A stretch of DNA of 64,000 bases from Chiloscyllium plagiosum (Eukaryota), in assembly GCF_004010195.1 (NCBI RefSeq), contig NC_057720.1, positions 8,637,866 to 8,701,865 of the forward strand. The letters are read 5' to 3'. Positions 1-13,100 of the stretch are shown in pieces. The translations under genes were made by a program, and so were the position numbers. Position 1 is the stretch's first letter, and each line of letters begins with the position of its first letter. The notes beneath the pieces are model-generated. The model made no database searches, was not told the DNA's origin, and saw nothing but the letters and a program-made list of their open reading frames with translations.

Positions 1-13
1 ACAAACTTTCCCC

Positions 14-49
14 ATTCCTGAAGAAGGGCTTATGCCCGAAACGTCGATT
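14..49 (+). ncRNA. Minimal type I hammerhead ribozyme motif
   Basis: attc-CTGAAGA(18-24)-A-GGGC-TTAT-GCCC-GAAA(38-41)-CGTC-gatt: full core, 4-bp stem II, palindromic ACGT stem III, GUC cleavage triplet. Confidence 0.8.
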
Positions 50-143
50 CTCCTGTTCCCTGGATGCTGCCTGACCTGCTGCGCTTTTCCAGCAACACAT
101 TTTCAGCTCTGATCTCCAGCATCTGCAGACCTCACTTTCTCCT
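14..143 (+). mobile_element. Short PLE terminal (pLTR/tail) copy, family A, starting at a hammerhead ribozyme
   Basis: 14-110 is identical to 22024-22120 and nearly identical to the end of the GIY-YIG/RT-encoding PLE at 54738-55824. Confidence 0.85.
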
Positions 144-199
144 CAATACTCATAGAGTCAAACAGCACAAGACCAAGTCATTTGGTATAGCATTAAATT

Positions 200-472
200 C
201 CCTACTGTCTGGAAAAAGGCCATTTGGCCCAACAAGTCCATACTGATCCTCTGAAGAGAAGCTCACCAAGAGCCATTTCCCCTGACTAATGCACCTAATA
301 TCATGGGCAATTTAGCTGGCCTGCGCATCTGTTTTTAGACTGTGGGAGGAAACCCATACAGACACAGGGAGAACGTGCAAACTCCACAAGACATTTGCCC
401 AAGGCAGGAATCAAAGCTGGATCCCTGGCACTGTGAGATAGCAGTGCTAGCCACTGAGCCACTGTGCTGCCC
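200..472 (-). mobile_element. HE1/V-SINE (tRNA-derived), diverged
   Basis: Minus-strand A-box-like TGGCTCAGTGG head, V-domain, CR1-like tail; homologous to 28542-28856. Confidence 0.85.
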
Positions 473-949
473 CCAAGCATGTGGATGCCAATCAACAAGC
501 TCCAAACTGCTTAAAGAGTCATAGAGAGTCCTGCAATAATGGCTTGTGCCCCTCAAAGACAGCAGCTCTGACAAGTGGCTTTGGTAGTCTCTACGCTCCC
601 CCCCACCCCCCACCTCCCCATGATTCAGTTATCAGCCATGATTCAACAGTTAGCAATCCCCCCCTTGATTTCAGGAAGTCATGCATTCGCACCTCACTTC
701 AGAGACTTGAGAGTGAATGCAGAACTGAGGCCTCTGGAAGACATTAATGAAAATTCTAGTAGGTACAACAATAATATGGAATAGGACTGTCTGAAAACAA
801 GGTTAAAAAAAAGTGAGCGACACTCTAAGATCACTCGGAATCCGGCATTTTACATTGTCAACATTTTCCAGCATCTCTTACTCAATAATGTAAAGAATAT
901 TATAAAATAAAAATGTATTGTCACTTGTACTTTTAATCAAAAACACAGC

Positions 950-2970
950 AAAAAGCTTTCTAAGTCTAGGGAAGTGAACTAATATTTTCGGACAGTGGCT
1001 AAACTTGGTACACTACACGTGTAGTATCTCCCTCCCATTCTCCTCTTCTAACCAAAACAAAACTCTGTGTGGAGGAGTGGTAAGTTTTTTTTTCTCTTTT
1101 GGCAATTTAGAACAGAGGGGATGGGGGCTAGGGCAGTGGCATGGTCCTCTTGCAGGATGTGGGGGATAAGGGTCATCACTGGTGTCCCTGCGGACTTCAC
1201 CTGCGAAAAGTGCACCCAACTCCAGCACCTCACAGACTGCGTTAGGGAACTGGAGCTGGAACTGGATGAACTTCACATCATTCAGGAGGGTATTCGGGTG
1301 ACAGAGAGGAGTTATAGGGAGGTAGTCACACCTAAGTTACAAGATAAAGATAGCTGGGTGACAGTCAGGAGAGCGAAAGGGAATAGGCAGACAATGCAGG
1401 GATCCCCTGTGGCCATTCCTCTTGATAATAAGTATACTGCACTGGATACAGTTGGAGGGAACCGACCAGGTGAAAGCCACAGCAGCCAGATCTCTGGCAC
1501 TGAGCCTGGCTCTGCAGCTCTGAAGGGAAAAGGGGAGAACAGGAGAGCATTAGTGTGAGGAGATTCAATCGTGAGAGGAACAGAGATTCTGGGGTGGTGA
1601 GTGAGATTCCCATATGGTATGTTGCCTCCCAGGTGTCAGAGTCAGGGATGTCTCAGGTTGAGTCTACAGGATTCTTAAGGGGGACGGTGAGCAGCCAGAA
1701 GTCGTGTACACATCGGTACCAATGACATAGGGAAGAGGACCTGAAAAGTGAATATAGGGAGTTTAGTTGAAAGCTAAAAGGTAGGCGGAGCAGAGTAGAA
1801 ATGCTACCAGTGTCAAGGGCTAGTGGGGTTAGGAACAGAGTGCAACTGAACACATGGCTGCATGAGCTGCTGTAGGAGGAGGGCTTCAGACGTGTAGATC
1901 ATTGGGATATCTTCTGGGGAAGGTGGGACCTGTACAAGGAGGACGGGTGGCACCTGAACTTGAGAGGCACCAATATTCTGGGTGGGAGGTTTGCTAGGGC
2001 TCTGCGGAAGAGTTTAAATTAGTTTGGCAAGGGGATGGGAACAAGACCCATGGATCAGCTGGTGAATAGGCAGATACAGCATGCAGAGAGTCTGTGAGGA
2101 GGGATAGACAATAGAGCAAAGTTGCAGTCAGTGTGATGGGTTGAAGTGTGTTTAATTAACAGAAGAAGTGTCAGGAATACGGGTGATGAACTTAGAGCGT
2201 GGATCAGTCCTTGAAGCTACAATGTTGTGGCCATGACGGAGACTTGGGTATCACAGGGACAGGAATGGTTGTTGGATGTTCCGGGGTTTAGATGTTTCAA
2301 AAGGAATAGGGAGGGAGGTAAAATAGGTGGGAAGTGGCATTGCTAATTAGGGATAGTATCACAGCTGCAGAAAGGGAGCTCGTTGAGGAGGGTTTGTCTA
2401 CTGAGTCTTCATGAGTGGAAGTCAGAAACAGGAAAGAAGCAGTCACTTTACTGGGAGTTTTCTATAGACCACCCCCCAAAATCAACAAAGACACGGAGGA
2501 GCAGATTGGGAGGCAGATTTTGAAAAGGTACAGAAGTAACAGGCTTGTTGTCATGATGACTTTAATTTCCTTAATATTGATTGGAACCTTATTAGTGCAA
2601 ATAATTTGGATGGGGCAGACTTTGTCAGGAGTGTCCAGGAATGATTCCTGACTCAGTATGTAGATAGGCTGATTAGAGGGGTGTCCATATTGGATTTGGT
2701 GCTTGGCAATGAACCAAGCCATGTGTTAGATCTCTCAGTAGGAGAGCATTTCGGTGACAGTGATCACAACTTCCTGACCTTTACTATACTCATGGAGTTG
2801 GATAGGAGCACGCGGTATGGGAAAGTATTTAATTGCGGATGGGGAAATTACAATGCTATTAGGCAGGAACTGTGGAGCATAAACTGAGAAGAGATGTTCT
2901 CAGGGAAATGTATGACAGAAATGTGAGGTTGTTTCGGGAGCACTTGCTGCGAGTGCAGGATAGGTCAGTC
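950..2970 (+). mobile_element. CR1 LINE, 5' part (ORF1 zinc finger/coiled coil + SGNH esterase; ORF2 APE endonuclease), disrupted
   Basis: SSCRMW...FTCEKC then ELELELDEL; GDSIVRG (~1559), VCCLPG, HIGTND (~1710), DGWHLN (~1941); endonuclease motifs VAMTETW, LGVFYRPP, LDLVL, SDHN; stops and frameshifts. 5' boundary uncertain. Confidence 0.9.
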
Positions 2971-2984
2971 AATGTGCCATTTTA

Positions 2985-3347
2985 TAAATGCCTACTTTGG
3001 AAATAAAACCAGTCTGGTTGAGATACAAACAGATTTGGAACATAGCCTCACACCTACAATGTATTATCTGACCTGAGTTGTCACCTTTATTCTGATAAAA
3101 CTTGCATTTATCTTGGGGCAGTGACTTGAAAGAAATTCTGGGATTTACATATTCATCAATTGAAACTTGCACCTCCATTCTAAATGATTAAAGACTTAAT
3201 AGCCATCTACGTTTGTTCAGTACATTCACATAAGTTGTATGACCCTTTGATTTTTGACTTATAAATTCTCTGTCCAATATTCTCTCTCACAGCTGCTTGA
3301 AGAAGGAGTGAGTGCTCTGAAGGCTTGTGGTTAAAATAAACCTGGTG
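2985..3347 (+). mobile_element. PLE family B 3' pLTR fragment with degenerate hammerhead
   Basis: Homologous to 7830-8185; TTGAAGA-AGGAGT..GCTCT-GAAG-GCTT at ~3297-3326 followed by AATAAACCT. Confidence 0.7.
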
Positions 3348-3359
3348 TAATTTTAATTA

Positions 3360-3832
3360 AGGATGAGTTTAGGCAATTGAGAGACAGTTTACCTGACCAA
3401 TACCTGGAACGAGTCGGTTGCCTCATGAAGAAAGTTTGGGAAGATTACATTTGTATCCGCTGGGGTTTCGAAGTGTAAATGCCAAGTTGATTGATGTAAG
3501 ATCCTGAGGAGGCCTTGACACAGTAGTTATGGAGCAAGTGTTTCTCCTTGTGAAAGGGCCTGGAACCAGGGGGCAACGTGTCAACATTAGAAGGATTTAA
3601 GACGTAAGAAAAACATTTCACCTTTCAGTGAATCAGGTATCTTTAGAGCTCTCTGTTTCAAAATTGGAGTCCTTGACTATTTTTAAGGCAGAGGTAGAGA
3701 GACATTTGATTAGAAATGGGGTGACAAGTTATTGGGGCTAGGTGGAAATGCAGAGTAATCTGATCAGCCAAGATCTCATTGAACCCTGGAGCAGGCTCAA
3801 GAGGGCAAGGGGCTTAGACCTGCTCTTAATTC
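3360..3832 (+). mobile_element. Old CR1 LINE 3' fragment
   Basis: Diverged match to the CR1 RT C-terminus/3' UTR seen at 46325-46690. Confidence 0.65.
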
Positions 3833-4040
3833 ATGGAATCCCTATCGTGCAGATAGAGGCTATTTGGCCCATTGTGAATGTACCGACCCTCTGAAGAGCA
3901 TCCCAGCCAGATCTTCAACCCCTCCCATCCCTATCCTCCAAACCTCACATTTTCCCATGGCTAACCCACCCAGCCTGTACATCCCTGCACACTATGGGCA
4001 ATTTAGCATGGCCAATCCACCTAACCTGCACATCTTTGAA
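3832..4040 (-). mobile_element. HE1/V-SINE 3' half
   Basis: GGGCAATTTAGCATGGCCAATCCACCTAACCTGCACATCTTT V-SINE core. Confidence 0.8.
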
Positions 4041-4959
4041 TTCACATGTACACATAAGTACTAATGCACAAAGGCAATTGACAGAGGTGGCAAATGAAAC
4101 GCTCTCTGAATGTGAAACAGTTCCAAACTCATCACTTAAAAGAACTTAATAAAATTGGCCATTTACAGGGTCACAACAGAAAGCATGACCATGAATCTCT
4201 CATCAAAGTCCAACTCATGTCATTCAGAAAAGAAAACCTATTATCTTGTACCCAGGTTGGCCTTTACATGGTTTTTAAAATAGAAAATAAAAACAGAAAA
4301 TTCTGACAATGTGACTCAGCAGCACCAGTTGGAAAGAAAGAAAGAGGTAAATGATTTTTCTTCCGGAATACCTGTGACTTTTAATACCACAGCTGAGATT
4401 CCACCAGAGCAATTGAAATATCGCCAAAATCTAAGATGTGAAGTTTTAAAAAATGGTTCAAAGGGCTCAATCTGGAAGATGGAGCAGATTGAAATTAGGA
4501 TTTCATGAAATATGGTCAGTGTTCACACTTGTCAACCATCCCTTGAGAACAGGTGAGAATAATTCACATGGCTCTGGGACTGGAGTTACCTGTACGCCAG
4601 GCCAGACCAGAGAAGGACGGGAGATTTCCTTCCCAAAAGGATTTAGTGAATCACATTAGTCTTTCTTTTTGGTGATTATCAATGCTTTCATGCATAAGAA
4701 CATAGGAAATAAGAGCAGGAGTAAGCCATTTGGCCCCTCGAGACTGCTAACTGTGGAACAGGCATAAATAGGCAGATGCTCACTTTTATTGAGACTAGCT
4801 TTCAATTCCAGGTCTCATTTAGAATTAATTTCATCTGCATTCTATCAGATACTCTGCTGGGATTTGAATCGATGCACCTTAGAGCATTAGGTGTTGAAGT
4901 TAAATTGCAGCCAGATCTCAATGAGTGTCAGGCTTGAAGGGCTGAATGGCCTATTCAAA

Positions 4960-5340
4960 GAACAAAGAGAACAATAAACAGTACAACACAGGAATAGGCC
5001 CTTCAGTCCTCCATGCCTGCACTGACATATTTTGCCCTTCCATACCAAAACTGTCTTCACTTAAATGATCCGTATCCCTCTATTCCCTTTCTGTTCATGT
5101 GTAAGTCCAGGTGGTTCTTGAATGCTGCCATTGTGTCTGCTTCCACCACCTCCTCTGACAGCACGTTCCTGGCACTCACCACCCTTTGTGTGAAAAACCT
5201 GCCTCACACATCTCTTTTAAACGTCCCTCGCCCCTACTTTGAACCTGTATCCCCCAGTAATTGACCCCTCCACCCTGGGAAAACAGCTCAAACATTCCAC
5301 CCTATCCATGCCACTCACAATCTTAGAAACCTCTGTCTAA
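4960..5340 (-). mobile_element. CR1 LINE 3' end
   Basis: Minus strand encodes FFTQRVVSARN-type CR1 C-terminus with tail. Confidence 0.8.
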
Positions 5341-6094
5341 ACTTGGAAACACCTGCCCCTATTTCTTATAAATTATTTGGAAAGGCCGGAGATACAGTGG
5401 GGTGTTGTCATCACAGCAGAAAAAGTTAAGAGTGATTTAGTAGAAACTTTTGAAATCATAAAATGGCTTTATAAAATAAATAAACAGAAGGGTTTGACTG
5501 ACAGGAGAGTGAGTAAGAGAGTTGACAGAATTAAGATAATTGGCAAAAGAAGCAGAGGGGAGTTTCAGGTTTTTTTTTAAAGCATAACACGTTTCTATAA
5601 TCTTGAATGCACTGCCTGAAAGTGTGAAATAACAACACAACCAAAAATAGATTCAATGTTCATTCATATCATTGCTGGGACCTTGCTTTGGTTGCCTGTA
5701 TACAGTAATTCAAAGTAAGTCATTGCTTTGTGATATGGTTTTAATTTCTTCTGTTGGACAGTTGCATTCACCACATGAATACAAAGCTCAATACAACACT
5801 TCCAAGATGATTATAAATTTTAATGCATGGAATTAACAATAATTGTTATCGATGGCTTGACTCTAATTACTTGGAAATTAAGCTAACTTTAATGATAGCA
5901 CTGAAGTGTGTGAGCACACTGTTTCCTGTAATTGTTACCACAGCCTAGAATTAGAATGCAGAAGTCAAAAAAAGAGGGTCCTTTTGCCCTCTAGGGTGAA
6001 CATGAATTATTAATTTCAGCACATCATTGCAAAGAGAAGGTTTTGTGGTCTCCCTGCCCACAAAGGTCCAAGGTTCGAATCCCACTCCAAGACT

Positions 6095-6425
6095 TAGAGT
6101 CATAGAGTTTTACAGCATGGAAACAGACCCTTCAGCCCATCTCACACACGGCAACCAGGTTTTCTAAACTGAACAAGGCCCATTTGCCTGCATTTGACCC
6201 TTTCCCTTGGAACCTTTACTATCCTTGTACTTATCCAAATGTATTTTAAATGTTGTTTTTGTACTCACCTCTGCCATTTCCTCTGGCAGCTTATTCCATG
6301 CATGCAGCACCCTCTGTGTGAAAAATTTGCCCCCCAGGTTCCTTTTAAATCTTTCTCCTCTCACCTTAAACCTATGCCCTTTAGTTATTCCCTCTCACCT
6401 TAAACACTTCCCCTCTCACCTTAAA
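6095..6425 (-). mobile_element. CR1 (HER1-like) LINE 3' end
   Basis: ORF 6164-6364 RGERFKRNLGGKFFTQRVLHAWNKLPEE; CTATGACT-type tail; CCTCTCACCTTAAA repeated three times at the truncation point. Confidence 0.85.
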
Positions 6426-6794
6426 CACTTGACAACAGGAGTCAAACAGGTTGAGTATTAACCTGTAAATCATTCCAATACATACCAATAACAGATGGCG
6501 TGAGCGGGACCTGGTCAACCATGGACAGAAAAATGTAGGTACATCAACCATCACTATTCGTAATTCCAGACCACAACAAACATGCAACTCATCAACTGTA
6601 ACACATCGCCATCACTACTTCAAAGAAGACAAGGAGAGCTTGTCCCTGGGTTCTTGGTAAAATTTGTCCCTCAATCTACATCAGAATATCCATTCATTGT
6701 CACATTGCTATTTGTGGGAGCTTTCCAAATTGGTTACCCTGTGTTATACCATCGTACTTTGTCTTTGTCCTGAGATAAGAAAAGATACTACATT

Positions 6795-7122
6795 TGGGTG
6801 AAATAGTGGCTCCGTTGTTAGCACTACTGCCTCACAGCACTGGGGACCTGGGTCCAATTCAACCCTCAGGTGACTGTCACAGTGGAGTTTGTACGTTGTC
6901 CCTGTGTCTGTGTGGGTTTCCTCTTGCTTTGCCAGTTTCCTCTCACAGTCCAAAGATATGCAGTTTTGATAGATTGGCCATGGTGAATTTCCCATAAGGT
7001 CCAGGGATGCACAAGCAAGGTATATTAGCCAGGGGAAATGTGGAATTACAGGGATGCTCTTTGGAGGGTCAGTGTGGACTTGGTGGGCTGAATGGCCTGC
7101 TTCCACACTGTAGGGATTCCAT
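6795..7122 (+). mobile_element. HE1/V-SINE
   Basis: tRNA-like head, V-domain, GGCCTGCTTCCACACTGTAGGGATTC tail. Confidence 0.85.
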
Positions 7123-7442
7123 GTATGGAAGATTTCGAAGTTATTTTTCTGTCTAGGTGCTGAGGTCCAGTTCTCTGGCCACCAGCAAGCAGGCTCTCTC
7201 CCTTATCTTGAGGTCGTGATGTGGAGGTGCTGGTGTTGGACAGGGGTGGACAAAGTTAAAAATCACATGAGTTATAGTCCAACTGGTTTAATTGGAAGCA
7301 CTGGCTTTCAGAGTGTGGCCCCTTTATCAGGACCATAGGACGCAGAATTCATAGCAAAAGGTTACAGTGTCAATCAACTGAAATGATATATTGAACAAAC
7401 CTAAATTGCTGTTAAGTCTTTCATTTTTTAGAATGGGTTGTT

Positions 7443-7822
7443 AGACCTCATCTTCCACTTCGGAACACTTCAACCCCAGGGCATCAATGTCGACTTCACC
7501 TGTTTCCTCATTCCTCTTTCCTCCACCTCACCCCAGTTCCAAACTCCCAGCTCACCGCTGTTCCCATGAATTGTCTTACTTGCCTATCTTCCTTTCCACC
7601 TATCCACTCCACCCTCCTCTCTGACCTATCACCTCCATACCCACCCCCATACACCTATTGTACTCTTTGCTATCTTCCCCCACCCTCACCCTCCTCTCAT
7701 TTATCTCTCCACCCTTCAGGCACTCTGCCTGTATTCCTGATGAAGGGCTTTTGCCCGAAATGTCCAGAATCTGGTTCAGAATCTGGTTTCCAGCATCTGC
7801 AGTCCTTGTTTTTACCCTGTTG
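7443..7822 (+). mobile_element. PLE family A-related 3' fragment (GIY-YIG C-terminus, pLTR, HHR) nested in the family B unit
   Basis: Encodes LIFHFGTLQPQGINVDF; CTGATGA-A-GGGC-TTTT-GCCC-GAAA-TGTC at 7737-7764. Confidence 0.8.
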
Positions 7823-8094
7823 GACCTCACAGCTTTAATGCATTGTCTGAGCTGAGATGTCACCTTTGTTTGTAAACCCTTGAGTTATCTAGAGAATGTG
7901 ATTTAAAAGAAGTTCTGGGATTTACATGTCAATGAACTGAAACCTGTGAACCGTTCTAAAAGGTGAAAGACTTAACAGCAATTTAGGTTTAGATTAGAGT
8001 GGTGCTGACTACTAGGTTTATTCAATATATCATTTCAGTTGCATGACACTGTATTCTTTTGCTATAAATTCCGTGTCTTATGATCCTGCTCCAC

Positions 8095-8134
8095 AGCTAC
8101 CTGATGAAGGGGCAGCGCTCTGAAAGCTAGTGCT
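8095..8134 (+). ncRNA. Minimal type I hammerhead ribozyme motif (family B)
   Basis: agctac-CTGATGA(8101-8107)-A-GGGGC-AGC-GCTCT-GAAA-GCTA-gtgct. Confidence 0.75.
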
Positions 8135-9257
8135 TCCAAATAAACTTGTTGGACTATAACCTGGTGTTGTGTGATTTTTAACCTTATATTGAACACACTG
8201 TTTTCAGGATTCATCTGACAATGTTGTGTCTCCCAGAAAACAACTGAGGTGTTGCAGTCAGAAGCAGAAATCCAGGCTGATTCTTCCCCTTGTCTCACTC
8301 AGCCAGGGATAGTTTGCCTACTATCCCAGTGATTCTGAAATATCTCATTCTGTAACTTATTCATTGCATCCTGTGCTCAGATGTGACAGTTTCTGATATC
8401 TTCAAAGCCTTTAAGTTAGGCACCACAAACCATCAATCACAGGTTGAGATTGCACTTCAGTGCCATCTGCTTATAAATATTTATGTGTCACTCAACAGTA
8501 TGTTTGTTTTAAAAATGCATCAAAATTGCACACATGCCAATGGAATGGTTTTCTAAAAGCTCCCAGGTAGAATACGCATGTGAAATGTATATTTAATCTC
8601 AGAACAGCTGCTCCCTCCAGTTTATCTAATTGTAGTCATGTATACAAATCATTATAACATTTAGTTAATCAATATGAAACAAAACGGGGCCACACTGTTG
8701 TCAATTTCACTTTTGACTATGATAATCCCAGCTTTTCCTCTGCAGGAGCCATTTAAGTGCACTGCGTTGGGATTCATTGACCTGACAGCGAGTCTGATTT
8801 TTGCATTCCCACTAATTTGCCTCGGCCTTAACTTTTATATTCTTATCTTTGTTCTCTTGCTCCCCCCCTCCCCGCCAACCCTTTTCTCTATCTCCTTAAG
8901 GTCATCCAATCCTTCAAGATTTCTATACTCCTCTAATTTTGGTCTGTTGTACCACTTCCCACCTTCCTGATCCTTCAGTTGATTCGATTTATTATTGTCA
9001 CATGTACTGAGATACAGTGAAAAGTATTGTTTTGCATGCTAAACAGGCTAATCATACCTTAAATAAGTAAATTAAGGTAACAGAACAGAGTTTGTTCTCT
9101 TCTTATGACTGTTAACAGCAGCCTTGGCCCCAACATCCAGGTATTCACTCCCTAAAAGTCTCCACTGCCCTGCCCCAATTTAATATACTCCTTAAGTATA
9201 TTCTGTCATTAAGCATTTTTGGTTGTCTGTCCTAATAACTCCTTACATGGCATTTTA

Positions 9258-9780
9258 CTCATACATGAGGAATAAGAGAATGATCAAGGAGAAGGTAGGG
9301 CTGATCAGGGATAGCGTAGGGACTTGTGCATGGTGTCTGAGCAGATATGGGACGCCCTAAATGAGTTTTTGCTTCAGTTTTCATTAGGGAAAGGGACCTT
9401 GTTGTGAGTGTGAACTTTGAGGCACGGGGAAACAGATTTGAACAGATCGAGATTGAGGAAGTTGATGTGCAGGAAATTTTGGCAAACATTAAGAGTGATA
9501 AGTCCCCAGGGCCAGATGAGGTTTATCCTAGGTTGCTCCAGGAAGCGAGAAAGGAGTTGTTACGTCATTGGCGAAGATCTTTGCTTCCTCACTCTCCACG
9601 GGAGTTGTACCGGAAGATTGGAGAGAGGCGAATGTTGTTCCTCTTTTCAAGAAGGGGAATAGGGAAATCCCTGGCAATTACAGACCAGTCAGTTTTACGT
9701 CTGTGGTCAGCAAGGTTTTTGGAAAGAATTTTGACGGATAGGATTTATGACTATTTGGAAAAGCATAGCGTGATTAATGG
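9258..9780 (+). mobile_element. CR1 ORF2 internal fragment (EN-RT linker and RT start)
   Basis: DKSPGPDEVYPRLLQEAR, then frameshifted WREANVVPLFKKG..PGNYRPVSFTSVV. Confidence 0.9.
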
Positions 9781-10130
9781 AATGATTTGGAGATACCGGT
9801 GTTGGACTGGGGTGTACAAAGTTACAAATCACACAACACCAGATTATGGTCCAACAGGTTTAATTGGAAGTACCAGCTTTCGGAGTGCCACTCCTTCATC
9901 AGGTGGTTGTGGAGTACACAATTGTAAGACACAGAATTTATTGCAAAAGTATACAGTGTGATATAACTGAAATTATACATTGAAAAATACCTTGGTTGTT
10001 TATTAAGCCTCTCATGTGTTAGAAAACCATGATAGTTTCACTTCTTTCATGTGTGAATCACAAAACCTTTTTTAAAAGTTACATTCTCTGGTAACTGTAA
10101 CAATTGGTGTCAGCACAGATAAGATGTTGA

Positions 10131-13100
10131 GATAATAGACGATAGACAATAGACAATAGGTGCAGGAGTAGGCCATTCTGCCCTTCGAGCCTGCACCACC
10201 ATTCAATATAATCCCACCATTCAATATGATCATGGCTGATCGTCCTTAATCAGTATCCTGTTCCTGCCTTATCTCCATAACCCTTGATTCCACTATCCTT
10301 GAGAGCTCTATCCAACTCTTTCTTAAATGAATTCAGAAACTGGGCCTCCACTGCCCTCTGGGGCAGAGCATTCCACACAGCCACCACTCTCTGCGTGAAG
10401 ATGTCTGTCCTAAATGGCCTACCCCTTATTTTTAAGCTGTGTCCTCTGGTTCAGGACTCACCCATCAGCGGAAACATGTTTCCTGCTGCCAGAGTGTCCA
10501 ATCCTTTAATAATCTTAAATGTCTCAATCAGATCCCCTCTCAGTCTTCTAAACTCAAGGGTATAAAAGCCCAGTCGCTCCAATCTTTCAACATAAGATAG
10601 TCCCGCCATTCCAGGAATTGACCTTGTGAACCTACACTGCACTCCCTCAATTGCCAGAGTGTCTTTCCTCAAATTTGGAGACCAGAACTGCACTCAATAT
10701 TCTAGGTGCGCTCTCAGCAGGGCCCTGTACAGCTGCAGAAGAACCTCTTTGTTTCTATACTCAATCCCTCTTGTTATGAAGGCCAGCATGCTATTAGCTT
10801 TCTTCACTACCTGCTGTACCTGCATGCTTGCCTTCATTGACTGGTGTACAAGAACACCCAGATCTCTCTGTACTGCCCCTTTACCTAACTTGACTCCATT
10901 TAGGTAGTAATCCGCCTTCCTGTTTTTGCCACCAAAGTGGATAACCATACATTTATCCACATTAAACTGCATCTCCCATGCATCTGACCACTCACCTAAC
11001 CTGTCCAGGTCACCCTGTAATCTCCTAACATCATCACATTTCACCCTGCCACCCAGCTTAGTATCATCAGCAAATTTGCTAATGTTACTATTAATACCAT
11101 CTTCTATATCATTAATACATATTGTAAAAAGCTGCAGAACCAGCACTGATCCCTGCGGTACCCCACTGCTCACTGCCTGCTTACCACTACTCTTTGTTTC
11201 CTGTCAGCTGGCCAAGTTAGTACTTTGCCCCCAATACCATGCGCCCTAATTTTACTCACTAACCTCCTGNNNNNNNNNNNNNNNNNNNNNNNNNNNNNNN
11301 NNNNNNNNNNNNNNNNNNNNNNNNNNNNNNNNNNNNNNNNNNNNNNNNNNNNNNNNNNNNNNNNNNNNNNNNNNNNNNNNNNNNNNNNNNNNNNNNNNNN
11401 NNNNNNNNNNNNNNNNNNNNNNNNNNNNNNNNNNNNNNNNNNNNNNNNNNNNNNNNNNNNNNNNNNNNNNNNNNNNNNNNNNNNNNNNNNNNNNNNNNNN
11501 NNNNNNNNNNNNNNNNNNNNNNNNNNNNNNNNNNNNNNNNNNNNNNNNNNNNNNNNNNNNNNNNNNNNNNNNNNNNNNNNNNNNNNNNNNNNNNNNNNNN
11601 NNNNNNNNNNNNNNNNNNNNNNNNNNNNNNNNNNNNNNNNNNNNNNNNNNNNNNNNNNNNNNNNNNNNNNNNNNNNNNNNNNNNNNNNNNNNNNNNNNNN
11701 NNNNNNNNNNNNNNNNNNNNNNNNNNNNNNNNNNNNNNNNNNNNNNNNNNNNNNNNNCCATTGTTCCTCCACGGTCATCCCTGCTAAGGTATTGCACCAT
11801 TGCACTTTGGCCAGCTCCTCCCTCATAGCTCCATTATTCCCTTTATTCAACAGAAATATTATCACTTCCGATTGTACTCTCTCCCTCTCAAATTGCAGAT
11901 TGTAACTTATTGGATTATGGTTACTACTTCCCAATGGCTCCTTCACTTCGAGGTCCCTGATCAATTCTGGTTCGTTGCACAATACCAGATCCAGAATTGC
12001 CTTCTCCCTGGTAGGCTCCAGTACCAGCTGTTCTAAGAATCCATCTCTGAGGCACTCCACAAAGTCTCTTTCTTGAGGTCCAATACCATCCTGATTCTCC
12101 CAGTCTACCTGCATGTTGAAATCCCCCATAACAACTGTAGTAACATCTTTGCGACAGGCTAATTTCAGCTCCTTATTCAACTTACACCCTACATCCATAC
12201 TACTGTTTGGGGGCCTGTAGATAACTCCCAAGAGGTTCTTTCTACCCTTAGAATTTCTCAGCTCTATCCATACTGACTCTACATCCCCTGATTCTAGGTC
12301 CCCCTGTGCAAGGAACTGAATATCATCCCTTACCAACAGGACCACCCCATCCCCTCTGCCAGTCAGTCTGTCCTTACGATAGCACGCAGAGCCTTGAATT
12401 AGTCTGTCCTTACGATAGCACGCAGAGCCTTGAATTTTCATTTCCCAGGCACTGTCCGCTTGAAGACACGTCTCAGTTATCCCCACAATATCATAGCTGC
12501 CAATTTCCAAAAGCTCATTGATCTTATTTCTAATACTTTGTGCATTCATATATAGTATTTTTAATTTGTTACTGCCCTCGCCCTTCCTATCAACCCTTAT
12601 TTCACTCAACCTTACGGCATGATCCCTTTTTGAGTTTTCAGCTTCATTCATACCGTTGTCTTTCTGGACTTCCCTTGTTCTAACTTTCCCTTCAATTTCC
12701 AGTTTGTCCCCCCCCGCCCCGCTATTTAGTTTAAATGCAGCTGTGTTGCAGTAGCAAACCTGCCTGCCAGAATGCTGGTCCCCAACCTATTAAGGTGCAA
12801 ACCGTCTCTTTTGTATAATTTATGCTTACCACAAAACATACCCCAGTGATCCAAGAATTTAAATCCTTGTTTCCTGCACCAGCTCCCCAGCCACACGTTC
12901 AAGTCCATTATCTCCCTGTTTTGGCCTCACCAGCCCGAGGAGCTGGAAGCAAACCAGAGATAACCACTCTGGACGTCCTACTTTTCAGCCTTCTTCCTAG
13001 CTCTCCGAAGTCCTGCTGTAGTATGTTCCTCCTCTTCTTCCAGACATCATTTGTGCCGACATGTACCACCACGTCTGGCTCTTCACCTTCGCCCTTGAGG

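Larger units (their letters stand above)
7212..8181. mobile_element. PLE family B unit with inverted pLTRs and a hammerhead motif in each arm
   Basis: ~7255-7435 is the reverse complement of ~7955-8181; probable TSD CCTTAT(C/A)TTGA at 7201-7211 and 8182-8192. Confidence 0.8.

Noticed and set aside
11170..12651. 493-aa ORF as an intact gene
   Set aside because: CR1 ORF2 fragment read through an N gap; adjacent RT parts are frameshifted
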